Positions 1 through 13,203 of a DNA stretch of 64,000 nucleotides are shown in pieces. This stretch comes from Octopus vulgaris (taxonomy: Eukaryota), in assembly GCA_951406725.2 (NCBI GenBank), contig OX597825.1, forward strand, positions 53,506,001-53,570,000, in the 5' to 3' direction. The notes beneath the pieces were generated by a model. It saw nothing but the letters and a program-made list of their open reading frames with translations. It was not told the origin of the DNA and ran no database searches. The position numbers and the translations under genes were made by a program. Numbering within the stretch: position 1 is the stretch's first letter; every line of letters starts with the position of its first letter.

Positions 1-134
1 TATACATATAAATATGTATGTATATTTATATATATGATGGACTCTCCTTTCGAAGACGATGTATGAGCGTTCAGCTTTTTCCGAACGGCCTGCAAAATTG
101 TTTTGTTTATAGTGATCTAATTTTAGCACTTCAC

Positions 135-248
135 AAAGTGAGATGAAGTGTTTTGCTCAAGAATATACCCCCACCACTTGATCTAAGAATTGAAATCCCG
201 ATCTAGTAATCGCGAGTGTAACGCCCTTACCAATAAGTCTCGCGCCTT
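135..248 (-). mobile_element. Decayed tRNA-derived SINE fragment with CORE-like segment
   Basis: GAAGTGTTTTGCTCAAGAA resembles the reverse-strand CORE/MIR-type motif; homologous to 38760-38925. Confidence 0.45.
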
Positions 249-707
249 CCTGTATATATATGGAATAAGTACTTAGCTTAAAAAGTAACTCTTAGGGTTG
301 CTTAGTTGACTAAAACCTTTCAAAACGCTGCTTCAGGATAGCTAGATTGAAATGACTGAAACAGAGAGAACAATAAAAGAATATATGCATGAATACTCCT
401 GTGTTCTTTCTGTGGTAAGTTTAAATTAAGAAAGAAGTATCACATAAAAGAGAAAGATAACTTGCTACTTTTGCAGAGTACCATTATATTATTCACAAAA
501 GAACGTAAAAGTGTCAGTTGGTCAGCAGATTTCTTTGCGAGTTCTTGGTACTATTTGAAAGTTTAACCTGATTATTTTGCGAAGTTAGAGGTTATCCCGC
601 AAGAATATAAAGCTTAGGAGAAACTATATAAAGGCTAGGTGAATATAAATGAATCACGCACCTGTGATTGCTTAGACCGAAATTTCGAAGTCACTGTCAA
701 TAGTATA

Positions 708-1080
708 GTTGTGGCTGTGTGGTAAGAATTTTGCTTCGCGATGACATAGTTTTGATTCAGTCCTATTCAGTGGCACTATGAGCAAGTGTTTCCTACTGTA
801 CCCTCGGTCTGAACAATGCCTTATTAAAGGACTTGATGGACGGTAATCTGTACATACATGTGTGTGTATTTGTATCAGTGTTTGTCCCCCACTATCTCTT
901 GACAATCGGTGTTGGTGTGTTTATGTCTTCGTAGCATAGCGGTTCTTCATAAGATAACAATACAATAATAACAGGCTTTTTAGAAATAAGTACCAGAATC
1001 GATTCTTTCGATTAAATATTCGTCAAGTCGGTTTCGCATCATACTCGCAGTCCATTGAGGGAAAAAGTAAAATCTAAAAG
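708..1080 (+). mobile_element. tRNA-derived SINE, family A (diverged copy)
   Basis: TGGCTGTGTGGTAAG head, then homology along its length to copies at 2119, 5169 and 43345. Confidence 0.75.
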
Positions 1081-1275
1081 CTAAAAATATATGTATGTGT
1101 ATGCAAGTATATTTTTTTATACATACAATCAAGAACAAATACCTATATATCACAGTGTCGAACAGACCATCTTATTGTATTATACATCACTGGTCACAAT
1201 GCGCCTCTCGTCGTTTTAGATTCATAATGGTGCCACTCCGATGTATGTGTATATACATACATACACTGGGGTGTG

Positions 1276-1338
<63 letters not shown>

Positions 1339-1487
1339 ACATATATACACATGCATATGCATGCATATCTATCTATACGTATGTACATATGTAAACATAT
1401 GTATATATATTTATAAATATTCATATATATATATACACACACACATACATGCATACATATACACACACACATACATAAAATACTTTA

Positions 1488-2110
1488 AGTGGCTTTCAGT
1501 AATTTAAAAGGAGCAATGAAATAATTGATCATCACAAAGATCGAGAAGGGTGTAGTGAGCACCAGCATTGCAAGAAATAGGAGTAATAAACTCCTTAACC
1601 ACAAAATGCACCTGGTCTCTTTGTATTGACACGGGAGAAAATACTCTCCACCGTAAACGAGATGCATTAAATTAGCATGCTACTTTCGTTTAGGAAATTA
1701 ATACTCATCTGAAATGCTCACTCCATCACGGATGGTGAAGGCTAACTCATACCTGTGAATATTATAGAGAATACCATAGGAATCAGTGTCTGATTTCACA
1801 AAATGGCAATGTACAAATTATGAAATAATTAGGGTGGCTTTCAGCAATTTAAAACTAACAACGAAATAATTCATTGTCACTAGGAGTGACGAGGGGCAGT
1901 GAGCAACAGCATTACTAATTGTCATTTTGTGAAATCAGTCACTGAAGCCTATGACATCTTCTGTAATATTGACAGGCGTGAGCTAGTCTCAACCAGCCGT
2001 CATGGAGTGAACATTACAGATGAGAGTTAATTTCCTATACAAAAATATGTTAATCTAATGCATGTCGTTTACGGTGGGGAGTGTTATCTCCCCTGACAAT
2101 ACAAAGAGAA
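1488..2110. repeat. ~344-bp monomer as partial tandem plus inverted arm (Penelope pLTR/retrozyme-like)
   Basis: Direct repeat ~1488-1575 vs ~1832-1915; inverted repeat ~1615-1810 vs ~1918-2110; homologous to 13204-13600. Confidence 0.75.
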
Positions 2111-2118
2111 CATGTCCT

Positions 2119-2510
2119 TTTTACTCTCTTTTACTTGTTTCAGTCATTTGACTGCGGCCATGCTGGAGCACCACCTTTAATCGAGCAACTCGACCCCGGG
2201 ACTTATTCTTTGTAAGCCCAGTACTTATTCTATCGGTCTCTTTTGCCGAACCGCTAAGTGACGGGGACATAAACACAACAGCATCGGTTGTCAAGCAATG
2301 CTAGGGGGACAAATACAAACATACACGCACACATATATATATACATATATACGAAAGGCTTCTTTCAGTTTCTGTCTACCAAATCCACTCACAAAGCTTT
2401 GGTCGGCCCGAAGCTATAGTGGAAGACATTTGGCCAAGGTGCCACGCCGTGGGACTGAACCCGGAACCATGTGGTTGATAAACAAGCTACTTACCACACA
2501 GCCACTCCTA
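2119..2510 (-). mobile_element. tRNA-derived SINE, family A (full length)
   Basis: Minus strand begins GAGTGGCTGTGTGGTAAG (A box) and GGTTCAGTCCC (B-box-like), has an internal (TA/TG) tract and 3' AATGACTGAAACAAGTAAAA; high identity to 43345-43750. Confidence 0.9.
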
Positions 2511-2580
2511 GTAGGGAATATAATTGCAATCTTACAGGAAAAAATTCAATTTAGCAATTCTAAATCAAATTTCACAATAA

Positions 2581-2852
2581 ATATGTATATAATTTAGAGA
2601 AAAAAGCCTCTATTAAAAAATCCAATAGTGAAAGACGTTATTCACACTATATAGAAAACATATACTATAATAACCTTATTCTAAAAATCAATAAAGTACA
2701 TAAACAATAAATAATATTTACTATTTATTGTTTATGTACTTTATTGATTTTTAGAATAAGGTTTTTATAGTATATGTTTTCTATATGGTGTGAATAACGT
2801 CTTTCACTATTGAATTGTTTAATAGAGGTTTTTCTCTAAATTATATACATAT
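2581..2852. repeat. Fold-back palindrome, ~132-bp arms, 8-nt loop
   Basis: 2581-2713 is the near-perfect reverse complement of 2722-2852. Confidence 0.95.
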
Positions 2853-3124
2853 GTATATACATGTATGTATGCGTTTATTTATGTATATATGCATGCATGC
2901 ATAAGTATCTCGATATACATTCAGTAATCTATTTATTAATTCGCTTCCGTGATTACAATTGAAATTGCTGCAGTGCCTTCATCTCTGATAAATGAAACGC
3001 ATTTCAGGTCAACTCAGTGTATTTTGTGGGGATCGGAAGATTCACGTGGCAATTTTACGCTCTGATCAGGTGCCGAAGAACCTAGCTAAATAGACAAGGA
3101 GGTTGATGTGTATTTTATATTTTA

Positions 3125-3530
3125 TCATTTACTTGTCTCATTCAGTAGAACGCGGCCACAATGTGGCATCGCCTTTAAGAATTATTAGTCGAATAACTTG
3201 GCCCCAGTACTCTATTATAGAGCCTGGTACTTATTATATTCTTCTGTTTTGCCGAACCGCTAAATTACCTCACCGAGACCGGTTCCCATGGCATGGGGGT
3301 AAAACACTAACACAAAAACAAACATACACACACACATACACACTCACAGGCTTTCACACACACACCTACAACGGTCTTGTTTCAGTATCCGTCTACCACA
3401 TCCATTCACACGGTTTGGTCGGCCCGAGGTTATGTGTAAAAGAGAGTTACTAAACGTGTTACGCAGAGGGAGTACAAGCAGAACCATATGGTTGTGACAC
3501 AATCTTCTTATCACAAAGCTACGCCTGCGC
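3125..3530 (-). mobile_element. tRNA-derived SINE, family A (diverged)
   Basis: Homology to family A (TTTTGCCGAACCGCTAA, TTTGGTCGGCCCGAGG, GAACCATATGGTTG). Confidence 0.75.
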
Positions 3531-3558
3531 CTCTGTTTAAATTGAGGTCACTAATTTT

Positions 3559-3595
<37 letters not shown>

Positions 3596-3849
3596 CTGTG
3601 TAAATGCGTGTGGATGTTTGTATGTATAAAGTACACATCGTACTAGATTCCTTTTAGGGATCGTCCCCTCACTGAAACTCAACAATCGAAAGTTTCAACA
3701 TTATAATATTTCACCCGTTTCCACACCTACAAAGATATTACACATATCGAAACAGGAGTCAGTGTTCAGCAATACATAGAATGGTAATTGAAAGCATGAT
3801 AAGTAAATACAAATGTAGAAATAGAGAAATGTAAAAAGAAAAAAATGGC

Positions 3850-4050
3850 TTCTATTATATTATAGAAAAGGTAACTTAATGCAGATTTCAACGGAATCAC
3901 CATGGGATGAACCATCGACTTTGTATTTGCTAACTTCTGCTTTATACAGCAAAGATATGAAAAGTGTAGGAAGCATTATAAACAAATCAGATGTAGTAGA
4001 CACATCTGTGGACTATAGAGGAAGACATGGGTAAATACGGTGAAAATGTA
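3850..4050 (+). pseudogene. Possible Penelope-like RT relic
   Basis: Translation NGITMG*TIDFVFANF resembles the PLE RT motif GxAMGSPLxPxxAN; heavily decayed. Confidence 0.3.
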
Positions 4051-4293
4051 ATAGAAATATAACATAAAGCAAATAACGTTATAATTCTTTGCAGACAAAG
4101 AGTAGTGAAATATTAATAGCCCGTGTACGATCGAGTGAGAGATAACCTGAATAATAAAGCTTCCACTACATTTATTTACGGACACCGTACATATAAAAAA
4201 AAATGCGCGCACACATTCGTGCACGCCCACATATAGACACAAACATGCATATACATAGCGCAAGCATACACACACACGTGTATAAATCCATAC

Positions 4294-4344
<51 letters not shown>

Positions 4345-4539
4345 CAAACACACACACACGCCCATTCATGTACATATAATATAAGCAGTGTTAACCAGAC
4401 AGACGGAGAGATGGTTAGATCATTACATACACGTTTAAATCTTCATGAATATCTCTATGATGTCTGTCCGCCTTGGTACACTATATTTATCTCTTTCAGT
4501 TTCTCTCTCACTCATCGTGTGTGTGTTTCTGTATGTGTG

Positions 4540-4611
<72 letters not shown>

Positions 4612-4635
4612 TGTGTGTGTATACGCGTGTTCGTG

Positions 4636-5130
4636 TGACATCATGACTTGCTACCGTATGCGCTAGGAACACTGTAAATGCTGTAAGACGTGAATTAGAC
4701 AGCTGTAATGGAGACAAACAAACTGTGGACAGGAAGTGGTACAGCAGGCGTTCTGAGTCAGCACGCCAGAATCCACCCAACAAAGAATGAACAGGGCCTT
4801 AGTCTCAATGCAGATGACTTGGGATTGTGACCAAACCCTGGACAAAGATGGTCGGTGCTGGAAAGTCTTATACATGGTAACGAGATTCGTTCCTTTACCA
4901 TACCTCCGGTAAAATTCAGGGCCACTTGTCGGAGAATTTTTACTTCACTAGTCTCAAATTCTAGTATCTGTTGGGTGAAATTCAGAAAAACACCAGCCGT
5001 TCTTCCAGCAACATCAAGGCCTGGTTAGTGGCCAAGAACTTCCCAGGGAACAGTGAGGAAACCATGCCCCAGGGTCTGGAACAAACTCTTAGACATGGTG
5101 AAATCTAAGCTCTGCTACTTTGAGTAATGA
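4636..5130 (+). mobile_element. Tc1/mariner-superfamily transposase remnant (internally deleted, frameshifted)
   Basis: Fragments NTVNAVRRELDSCNGD and GKSYTW*RDS..HTSGKIQGHLSENFY (cf. YxWQQDSAPxHTS), ending ...YFE*. Confidence 0.6.
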
Positions 5131-5168
5131 GTTGTTGACCATAATCTAGTTGGAATGTTTTGAAATTT

Positions 5169-5332
5169 GGGAGTAAGTAGCTTGCTTACCAACCATATGG
5201 TTTCGAGTTCAGTCCCAATGCGTGGCACCTTGGGCAAGTGTCTTCTACTATAGCCTCGAGCCGACCAAAGCCTTATGAGTAGATTTGGTAGACGGAAACT
5301 GAAAGAAGCCCGTCGGATATATATATATGTGT

Positions 5333-5396
<64 letters not shown>

Positions 5397-5612
5397 GTGT
5401 GTGAGTGAGTGTGTTTTTGTGTCTGTGTTTGTCTCCCCAACATCGCTTGACAACCGATGCTGGTGTGATTACGTCCTCGTAACTTAGTGGTTTGCCAAAA
5501 GAGACTGATATAATAAGTACTAGGCTTGCAAAAAGTCGATTTCCTCGACTGAAGGTGGTGCTCTAGCATGGTTGCAGTCAAATGACTGAAACAAATAAAA
5601 GAGTAAAAGACT
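5169..5612 (+). mobile_element. tRNA-derived SINE, family A with expanded (TG)n
   Basis: GGTTTCGAGTTCAGTCCC...CACCTTGGGCAAGTG...AATGACTGAAACAAATAAAAGAGT. Confidence 0.9.
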
Positions 5613-6055
5613 AACAGAGAGTAGTTTCGAATTTAGCCTAAACATCTGATGTATTTATATATATGTGAGCGCGTTTGAATGTGTGTGCGTGTAAGTATAT
5701 GCGTATGTGTGAATGTGTGCGTGTGTGTGTGCATACACAAACATACATGCATAATCAAACATACAAGCATACCTACATACATACATATGTGTATGGGCAC
5801 GCACACTGAGCCACACAGATACGCACAAGCAAACAAAAGAACGCAGCTCAGAAAACGGACAGAGTCAACGTATATTGAAAAGGTTGCAAGACGCAACGAA
5901 AAATTTATAAAAATATCGAAGTAGATGACTGGAAACTGAACCGGGAAGCGTGTTAAATAATACGGCATAAAAAAGAATGACTCTACCCTGACACCACAAA
6001 ATATGCTTCAACACACAAACTCACATAAAGAATCTTGCAAACCGAATCCCCAAAA

Positions 6056-6107
<52 letters not shown>

Positions 6108-6159
6108 CTATCGCCAAACTAATATGGCAGTCGAGAAAAATAGGACTATATGTGTGTGT

Positions 6160-6222
<63 letters not shown>

Positions 6223-6284
6223 GCGTGTGTGTGTATATATGTATATATGTATGTATATACACGTATGTATATGTATATATAAAC

Positions 6285-6450
6285 ACCGCTTTCTCCAACC
6301 CACCTAAGCACTTCTTCATTGCTCACATGGTTCGTGCAGCAGTTTTTCTCCACTCGCCTCCAGAACCACACACAATTCTCCAGTGTCTTAAAGGCGGTTT
6401 CCTTGATGACCGTCGATTCTTCTGTAAGTCGCCTTCGGGCCTTTGATTAT
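6285..6450 (-). mobile_element. RTE-clade LINE C-terminal relic
   Basis: WFWRRVEKNCCTNHVSNEEVLRWVGE resembles the RTE motif MWxWRRxxxIxWTxxVxNEEVL. Confidence 0.55.
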
Positions 6451-6559
6451 TAGTGATTTATGTGTTTTATACATTTTTGATCCTGATTTTCCAATTAAAT
6501 CAAACAGTTGAAATACTACCATCCACAGCATCCACATTCAATAGCGATAAGAAGGACTG

Positions 6560-8290
6560 AGTTGGAAAAAACATCATCTGCAGATCAGCATGGAAACCTG
6601 AATTGATAATCAAAGACCGTCTGGGTAATCAAAAGAATCAATCAGAAAGTGTTCTATTCCTAACCCAACAAGCACAAGACAGCTATAACACCCGAGGATC
6701 CACTGATAGACAACATAATGGTAAATAAAATGCGAAATACTGCACAAACAATTCTGCTCTGTCTTTAGTGATCCCTCTGATATTCACGCTATGGATATGA
6801 ACGAACTTAATCCCCAGCATATTATCTCTAACATAACTTTTACTTCCTCAGATATCATCATAGCAGCGATATATGAAATCAAGTATTGTTTGAAAGTGGG
6901 TGTTGTTAGATTCCCCACTAATGTCTTTCAGGAATACAGACAGCAGCCTGCAACCACTCTAACCAAGCTCTGGAGCAATTCTTCAGACTCGGGCTATATA
7001 CTGAAGCAATTCTTATCCTAATCTAAAATGCTGGTTTTCAAAAATGGAAACAAGTATTTTTTTGCAGTTAACTCTAACTCGCTCTCGATCCCCTACCCTC
7101 TCATCGAAGTGTTTGAATGGTTAGCGAGATCAAGGTTATCTAGCTTCCTTGGAGAGTTACAAACTCCTAAATTCCAACCAGCATGGTTTTTGATGCAGCA
7201 GGGACTGCCACATTTTGGCATCATATTGATGATCTTCTTAAAGCTTTGGGATCAGTTTCGAACTCTGATGTCATATATCTTGACTTCAGTAAAGCGTCCG
7301 CCAGCATCGGCCCTATGCCCTCCTGTCAAAATTGTCAAATATTGGAGTCCGTGAAAAACTTCTACATTGGATTAAGTATCTCCTGGTGAACAGAACATAT
7401 GATGCGATCAGTGGAATCCATTAGCCCAGTAAAAGTCATGTTGTCCCCACAGGGGACAATTTTGCGCCTGCTCCTTTTCATAGTCTATATAAGCGAATTT
7501 GAGGCGTCATAAAATACAACGAAATAAATATTCGCAGATGATTCCAAGCTTGAGAAAATTATTCATGGAAAAGAACATCGAACTGAAATGCAGTCTAGTT
7601 TACATGCTGTAAGCCAATTGGCGGACAAAAATAACATGAGGTTAAATGATGGAAAATTTGAACATATGAACTTAAAATTTTTAAAAGCGCTCAAAAACAT
7701 ATTCTCTTCTTTCAAGGGAACTACTAACAGCAACCGAAAATAGGAGTGGATATTGACAACAATTTCGACCGGAGTACTCACATGATGTGTCTCGCAGGAT
7801 GAACGCCTGGATCCTTAGAACTTTTCGGTCCAGGGAGCAAGGTTTCACCAATGCTCCCTTCTTCTCTTTTGCACGATTACATCTAGAAATCTACTTCCCG
7901 CAATCGTCTCTCCACTCCAAACAAACATTACGAGAATTGAGTCACTCCAGAAAGATAAGCGGCAAGAATTATCTCCATTATTGGGTTAAACTTAAAACAT
8001 TGAACTTTTATTTTCTCCAGTACTTCTGTGAGTGCTGCATCATTTGTACAATGAGGTAAATATATAACCATCATTACACAAATAACCTTAATATCAAATT
8101 CAGAATTGGGGCCCCGTTCCATACGACTCGTGCACTATTTAGTCTCAGTTAACAACAATTCCCTACTTGAATGGTCCATGATACCACAAAACTTGTCTTA
8201 ATGATTACTTCACAGATTCTGTCAGATGATGCTAATAAGTTAGACCAAACGTTGGCCAAAGCATATCTAAGTTATCATAAATTAGGACAA
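6560..8290 (+). mobile_element. Decayed CR1/Jockey-group LINE, RT region
   Basis: DVIYLDFSKA (~7265), PQGTILRLLLFIVYI (~7445), IFADDSKL (~7530), LNDGKFE; many stops and frameshifts. Confidence 0.8.
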
Positions 8291-8599
8291 ATAATAGATT
8301 TGATGCTTGTTCCTCTTGAAATGATATGGGGAAATGTTGCGAGCACGTTAGTCAGTCTTACACAGAAATAGATTTAGAAGTCCCTTAAAGGTCAAGTTGA
8401 AATTACATTTGACTTTGTTCCTTACTCATGGATCTAAGTAACTTGTCATGAACAAGTCAATGAAACAGATACATTTAACACTTCATGGCCAAACGGTAAG
8501 CAACTCCGAAGTTACTGACACAGGAAGAAATTACAATAATTAATCGGGTCCCAGGAGTAATATTCAACCACAGCCTCCTTTCTCGCTTTTTTATCTGGT

Positions 8600-9346
8600 A
8601 TTCATAATTTTATCAACCAATGTAAAAGAGAATTCTATGGAAGGATAATCACCTATCTCTTGTAAATGGATGACCTAGGTTGAATGCTACGGATGATAAA
8701 GATCTTGAAACTTTGTGAGAGAGATAGTAAACAGGTTTTCTAGGGTAATTGATATTAGATTCGAATTAGAAATATACGCTAAGAGAGGAAAATTAATCAA
8801 AAACATTAATATCATGATAGATGAAGAACGAAGATAAGAGAATTAAACCAGACACAGACTTACAAATAATTATAAATTAATGAACTAGATACTGTACAAT
8901 ACACATAACTGTTAGAAATGTTTGATAATTTATTTTATATGAATTAGACTATTTCTGAAAACGGTGCTACATGTAAAATTGGAATTAGGATAACTGCCCC
9001 AACTTTTCTAGTAGTAATTTTAGTTATATATTCTCGACTAGGTCTCAAATATATAAGAGGCAGAAAACAAGGGGAAGCCTGGCTTTGTAACACACGACCA
9101 AGAAGCCACCACAAATACTTTATGCCTGAAGTCTTGGTCTTTGAACTTCTAATGGGGTAGTGAGGGTACCGTAGTGATATACATATTGTCAAAGCATTTT
9201 GTGAAGAGGCAGAAATCATCCCTCTCCATGTTTGACTATAATCGGTTTCTTCGAGAAAGAAATAGGCAAACAAGCAGATATGTAGAAAATGGGAGTGGGA
9301 AGACGAAGAAAATGGAGGAAGAGGAGAAGAAGGAGGAGGGGTAGGA

Positions 9347-9381
<35 letters not shown>

Positions 9382-10010
9382 AGAAGAAGACGAAGAAGAA
9401 CAAGAAGAACAAGAACAAGAAGAACAAGAAGAACAAGAAGAAGAAGAAGAAGAAGAACAAGAAGAACAAGAAGAACAAGAAGAATGGACCCCAGCTCCGA
9501 CCTGAAGCCCGATTTATCGACGACCTGGAGTTGAGCAGTAACTCAACACAGAGTGCAAAGAGAAGTATGGAATCCCACTTGCCACCAATTACTGAACCGT
9601 TTTCTCGTCAAAGAAATATTGTACTGATTCGAATATTGTGTTCATGGAGCCTTAGGCGACAGTGTAAAGCATCTACTGTAAGAAAAAACATCTATTAACT
9701 ACAATAGAATAGTATTACAAGTGTGAATAGTAGATGAACCGAGAGAAATATTGCTTTTGTTTCAAGGGAGCCCACAAGCAGAAAGCCAGGTTTCAGTAGA
9801 TGAACAGTTTTGAGGAGAAAACCTATAATGAACGATGAATAATTTAGATATCAGCAATGCCAGTGAATACACGAGTGAAATTAGGTGAAAGCGACGGATT
9901 TTTGCTTGTGGCACAACAGCAAAATTTTCTTACCAGAAACCACAAAAAGCGTTTAATAAAAAACAAGGTTGCAGATTGTGTGGAGGTTTAGAATGAATGA
10001 TGAACGGCAC
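8600..10010 (+). mobile_element. Highly decayed R4/Dong-like retrotransposon interrupted by other sequence and an (AAG)n tract
   Basis: Relics ITYLL*MDDL (~8650), decayed DI.FELE.YAK (~8755), GFLLVAQQQNFLTRNH and CRLCG (~9895-9985), colinear with the element at 31886. Confidence 0.6.
9296..9484. repeat. (AAG/AAC)n purine-rich microsatellite
   Basis: Direct reading. Confidence 0.95.
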
Positions 10011-10217
10011 CATGTTTCTATGTCCAGTTTTACTCAAAATCTTATAAGTACAAGTAAATATATAGAAGCATATAGCTGTACACACCTACACCTACACACA
10101 CACGCACGCGCACACACATATATATACAGACATTATACCTGTATATATACGTACACATATCTATATATGCATAAATTATATATCTATGCATATATATGCA
10201 TACATATACATATAGTT

Positions 10218-10350
10218 GAAGGCGTGGTAGGCGGTAAGAAGCTTGCTTCCCAAACATGGTTCTATGTTGTAGTGTCTTCTATAGCCTCGGGCCAACCAAA
10301 GCCTTGTGAGTGGATTTGGTAGACGTAAACTGAAAGAAGACAGTCGTATA
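10218..10350 (+). mobile_element. SINE family A, 5' partial
   Basis: GGTAAGAAGCTTGCTTCCCAAAC...TATAGCCTCGGGCCAACCAAAGCCTTGTGAGTGGATTTGGTAGAC. Confidence 0.8.
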
Positions 10351-10540
10351 CATACATATATACACACATACATATATACATACATACATATATGTATGTC
10401 TTCCTGGGGCAAAAACCAGCAGTAACATCGTGCTCTATGGGACCGCCGCATTTAGTTGGGATATATATTTTACTATATATATATCAGAAATACTAAATTT
10501 CTAAATCTCTCGTAGAGACATGTACGGTGGTGGGGCGATA

Positions 10541-10795
10541 GAATGGTTGTATACTGTCAATCTAACACGAATGTGACAGTAGTGGAATACAACACCGCTG
10601 TATAGCCCTAGGAAGCATCGACGCCTCCTGATGGCTTTGTCACATTTTTCCTGTGTCCTTATATACATTTATATAAGGACACAGGAAAAATGTGTCAAAG
10701 CCATTAGGAGGCGTCGATGCTTCCTAGGGCTATACAGCGGTGGTGTACCCCCCCTACTGTCACGTTCGTGTTAGATGGACAGTATACAACCATTC
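10541..10795. repeat. Fold-back palindrome, ~125-bp arms, 4-nt loop, next to (TA)n
   Basis: 10541-10665 is the reverse complement of 10670-10795 with scattered mismatches. Confidence 0.95.
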
Positions 10796-10839
<44 letters not shown>

Positions 10840-10918
10840 GGGGGGTGGAGGAGTATGTGTGTGCTTGTGTGTGTATGTATAGCAAGAGGGAGATATATAC
10901 ATAAATAAACAGAGGGGG

Positions 10919-10954
<36 letters not shown>

Positions 10955-12194
10955 AAGCATTTGAACTTGCAAAGGCCTTGGTCTGCAATTTACCATCAAG
11001 GAAACAATTCTCACTTAAGCCAAAAACATGCTAGTGCGTCCTAGACAGCTCAGAACGGTATCTATCGACTTGAATACTTTAATTTTTCACAGCACCAGAT
11101 ACCAAGAGAGGCAACTCTGACCTGCCGCGAAAGCGTTCCTCCCTTGAGAAATCAGTAAATATTATGCGTACACACGCATGCGCGCGCGCGCACACACACA
11201 CACAGTGTATGAGTGTGGAACTGTATAAGTATGTGTTTTTATGTGTGTGTGCGTGATGTGTGTATATATATATATATATATAAATATGTATATATGTTTT
11301 TGTGTATATGTATATATGTCTAAAAGTGTGCCATATTTTCATCGTTATGTAACACCACTTGATTGGACGATATCAAAACATCAGCAAAGCGTACTTCTTA
11401 CATAATCTTGGACAAGCTAACTCTTCGGATGACGGGCGATCACTAATAATTCCACCGACGTCTAGATGATCAAAGTTTTTTTTAGCTTACCACAGAATAA
11501 CGCCACCGACGCTGAAGTTGACCATTGTGGAAAAATATCCAGTAGAGATGAACACACATCTGCGTGCTAAGGATTTCATTCAGTAATTATTCGAAAATGG
11601 TGGTATATAAGGTATATAAACATAGGATGTAAGAACCTTTATATAATATTAGAGAATATTAACTTTCGTTGGTTGATTGTTGGTTAATTCAGCAGTCAGA
11701 CTTGGCATCATTGAGAGAAAAGTGGGGAATGAGAGATAGTGAAAGAAAGAGAGTAAAATTAAGATGCAAAGATAGTTAAAATAAGCAGGACAGAAAGACT
11801 GCTCAATTGACGTTTGGTGATAGACAATAATAACTTTCGGAACAATGCGTATATTTTAATGAATCTTGTAGAGATATTCCTTAGTTCCAGTATATTGTTG
11901 TTATGTTCATAAAATTCAGAAAAATATTACAAAAGTATTCTAAGTGGCTGAACATAGATTCTTTTGATCTTGTTGCACTCTCGAAAATATCCACATATAT
12001 ATATTGCAAATATACACCCGAAAATGTATTTTCATTAACTTTTAATTTAAGGCAATAAATATCTTTCATTTGAAATGTAGTATTCAATTTATTTTGTATA
12101 AGCAATTTTAAAACTTTTATGCATTCTATATTTCCTAGTAACTAAATTATACTCCAATGAAATCCCTGTCACATGATGAGTAACACCCTCATGT

Positions 12195-12234
<40 letters not shown>

Positions 12235-13075
12235 CAGGTAAATGTATGTATGTGTTTATGCGTGCATGGAAGTATGTATGTACGTAAAAAAAACGGAGTA
12301 TAAATTGTCATAAGACCGGTAATTCTCTATTAATAATAATAAATCCCATAGCGAAAAAAATCACTGAAGTTCGTCGTAACTTTTTCAGCACAATTTGTAT
12401 TTGTAATTCACACGTTTCTCGTAGTGTTCTTGAAACCATTCCCCACATTTAGCAACATTCCTGTTGCTGTTTTCCTTCGTGCCACTTTCTGAAGCTGAAT
12501 GCATTTCGACTAATTACAGCAAAAATTAACGATTCAATTAGAAGTGAGAATATGCTAACTCTAAAGGGAAGAAGAAAAAATTCATCATGATGTAAACAGG
12601 TCACAGTTTCCATGCTGCATTAGTTTGTATTTTTTCTTCTATTTCATTGCTCTCCCTTGGTTTTTACTCTCTTTTCATACACCCCCATCTTACACACAAG
12701 CTCCCGAGCACACCCACCCCTACTTTACACACCTTAGACCGGGAATCATTAATTAAAAGGAAATTCGACGTTCATTTTCGTCAATTTCATTTAACATGCT
12801 TAAGATAGCTTGTTGTTCTCCTTCTCCAACTCTCATTCAGCCTTGATCGAGCAATATCATGAGCAACAGCATTTTAAGCAATATTGTCTCGACTTTTTTC
12901 AGGTGTAAATTCTCTTTAAAAATTGTGATTATTTTTTTAAAGACTGTCAGCTGTAATTCGAAAGGGAGAATGTGCGCCGTATTTCTTTTCCTACAGTAAC
13001 TACGTTCTTGGTTCTAATACCAACATATGCCTGATTATTTATGTTAATACCACTTGGTAGATATATAAAAAAAAT

Positions 13076-13182
<107 letters not shown>

Positions 13183-13203
13183 TGTGTGCGTGTTTGTGTG
13201 TGT

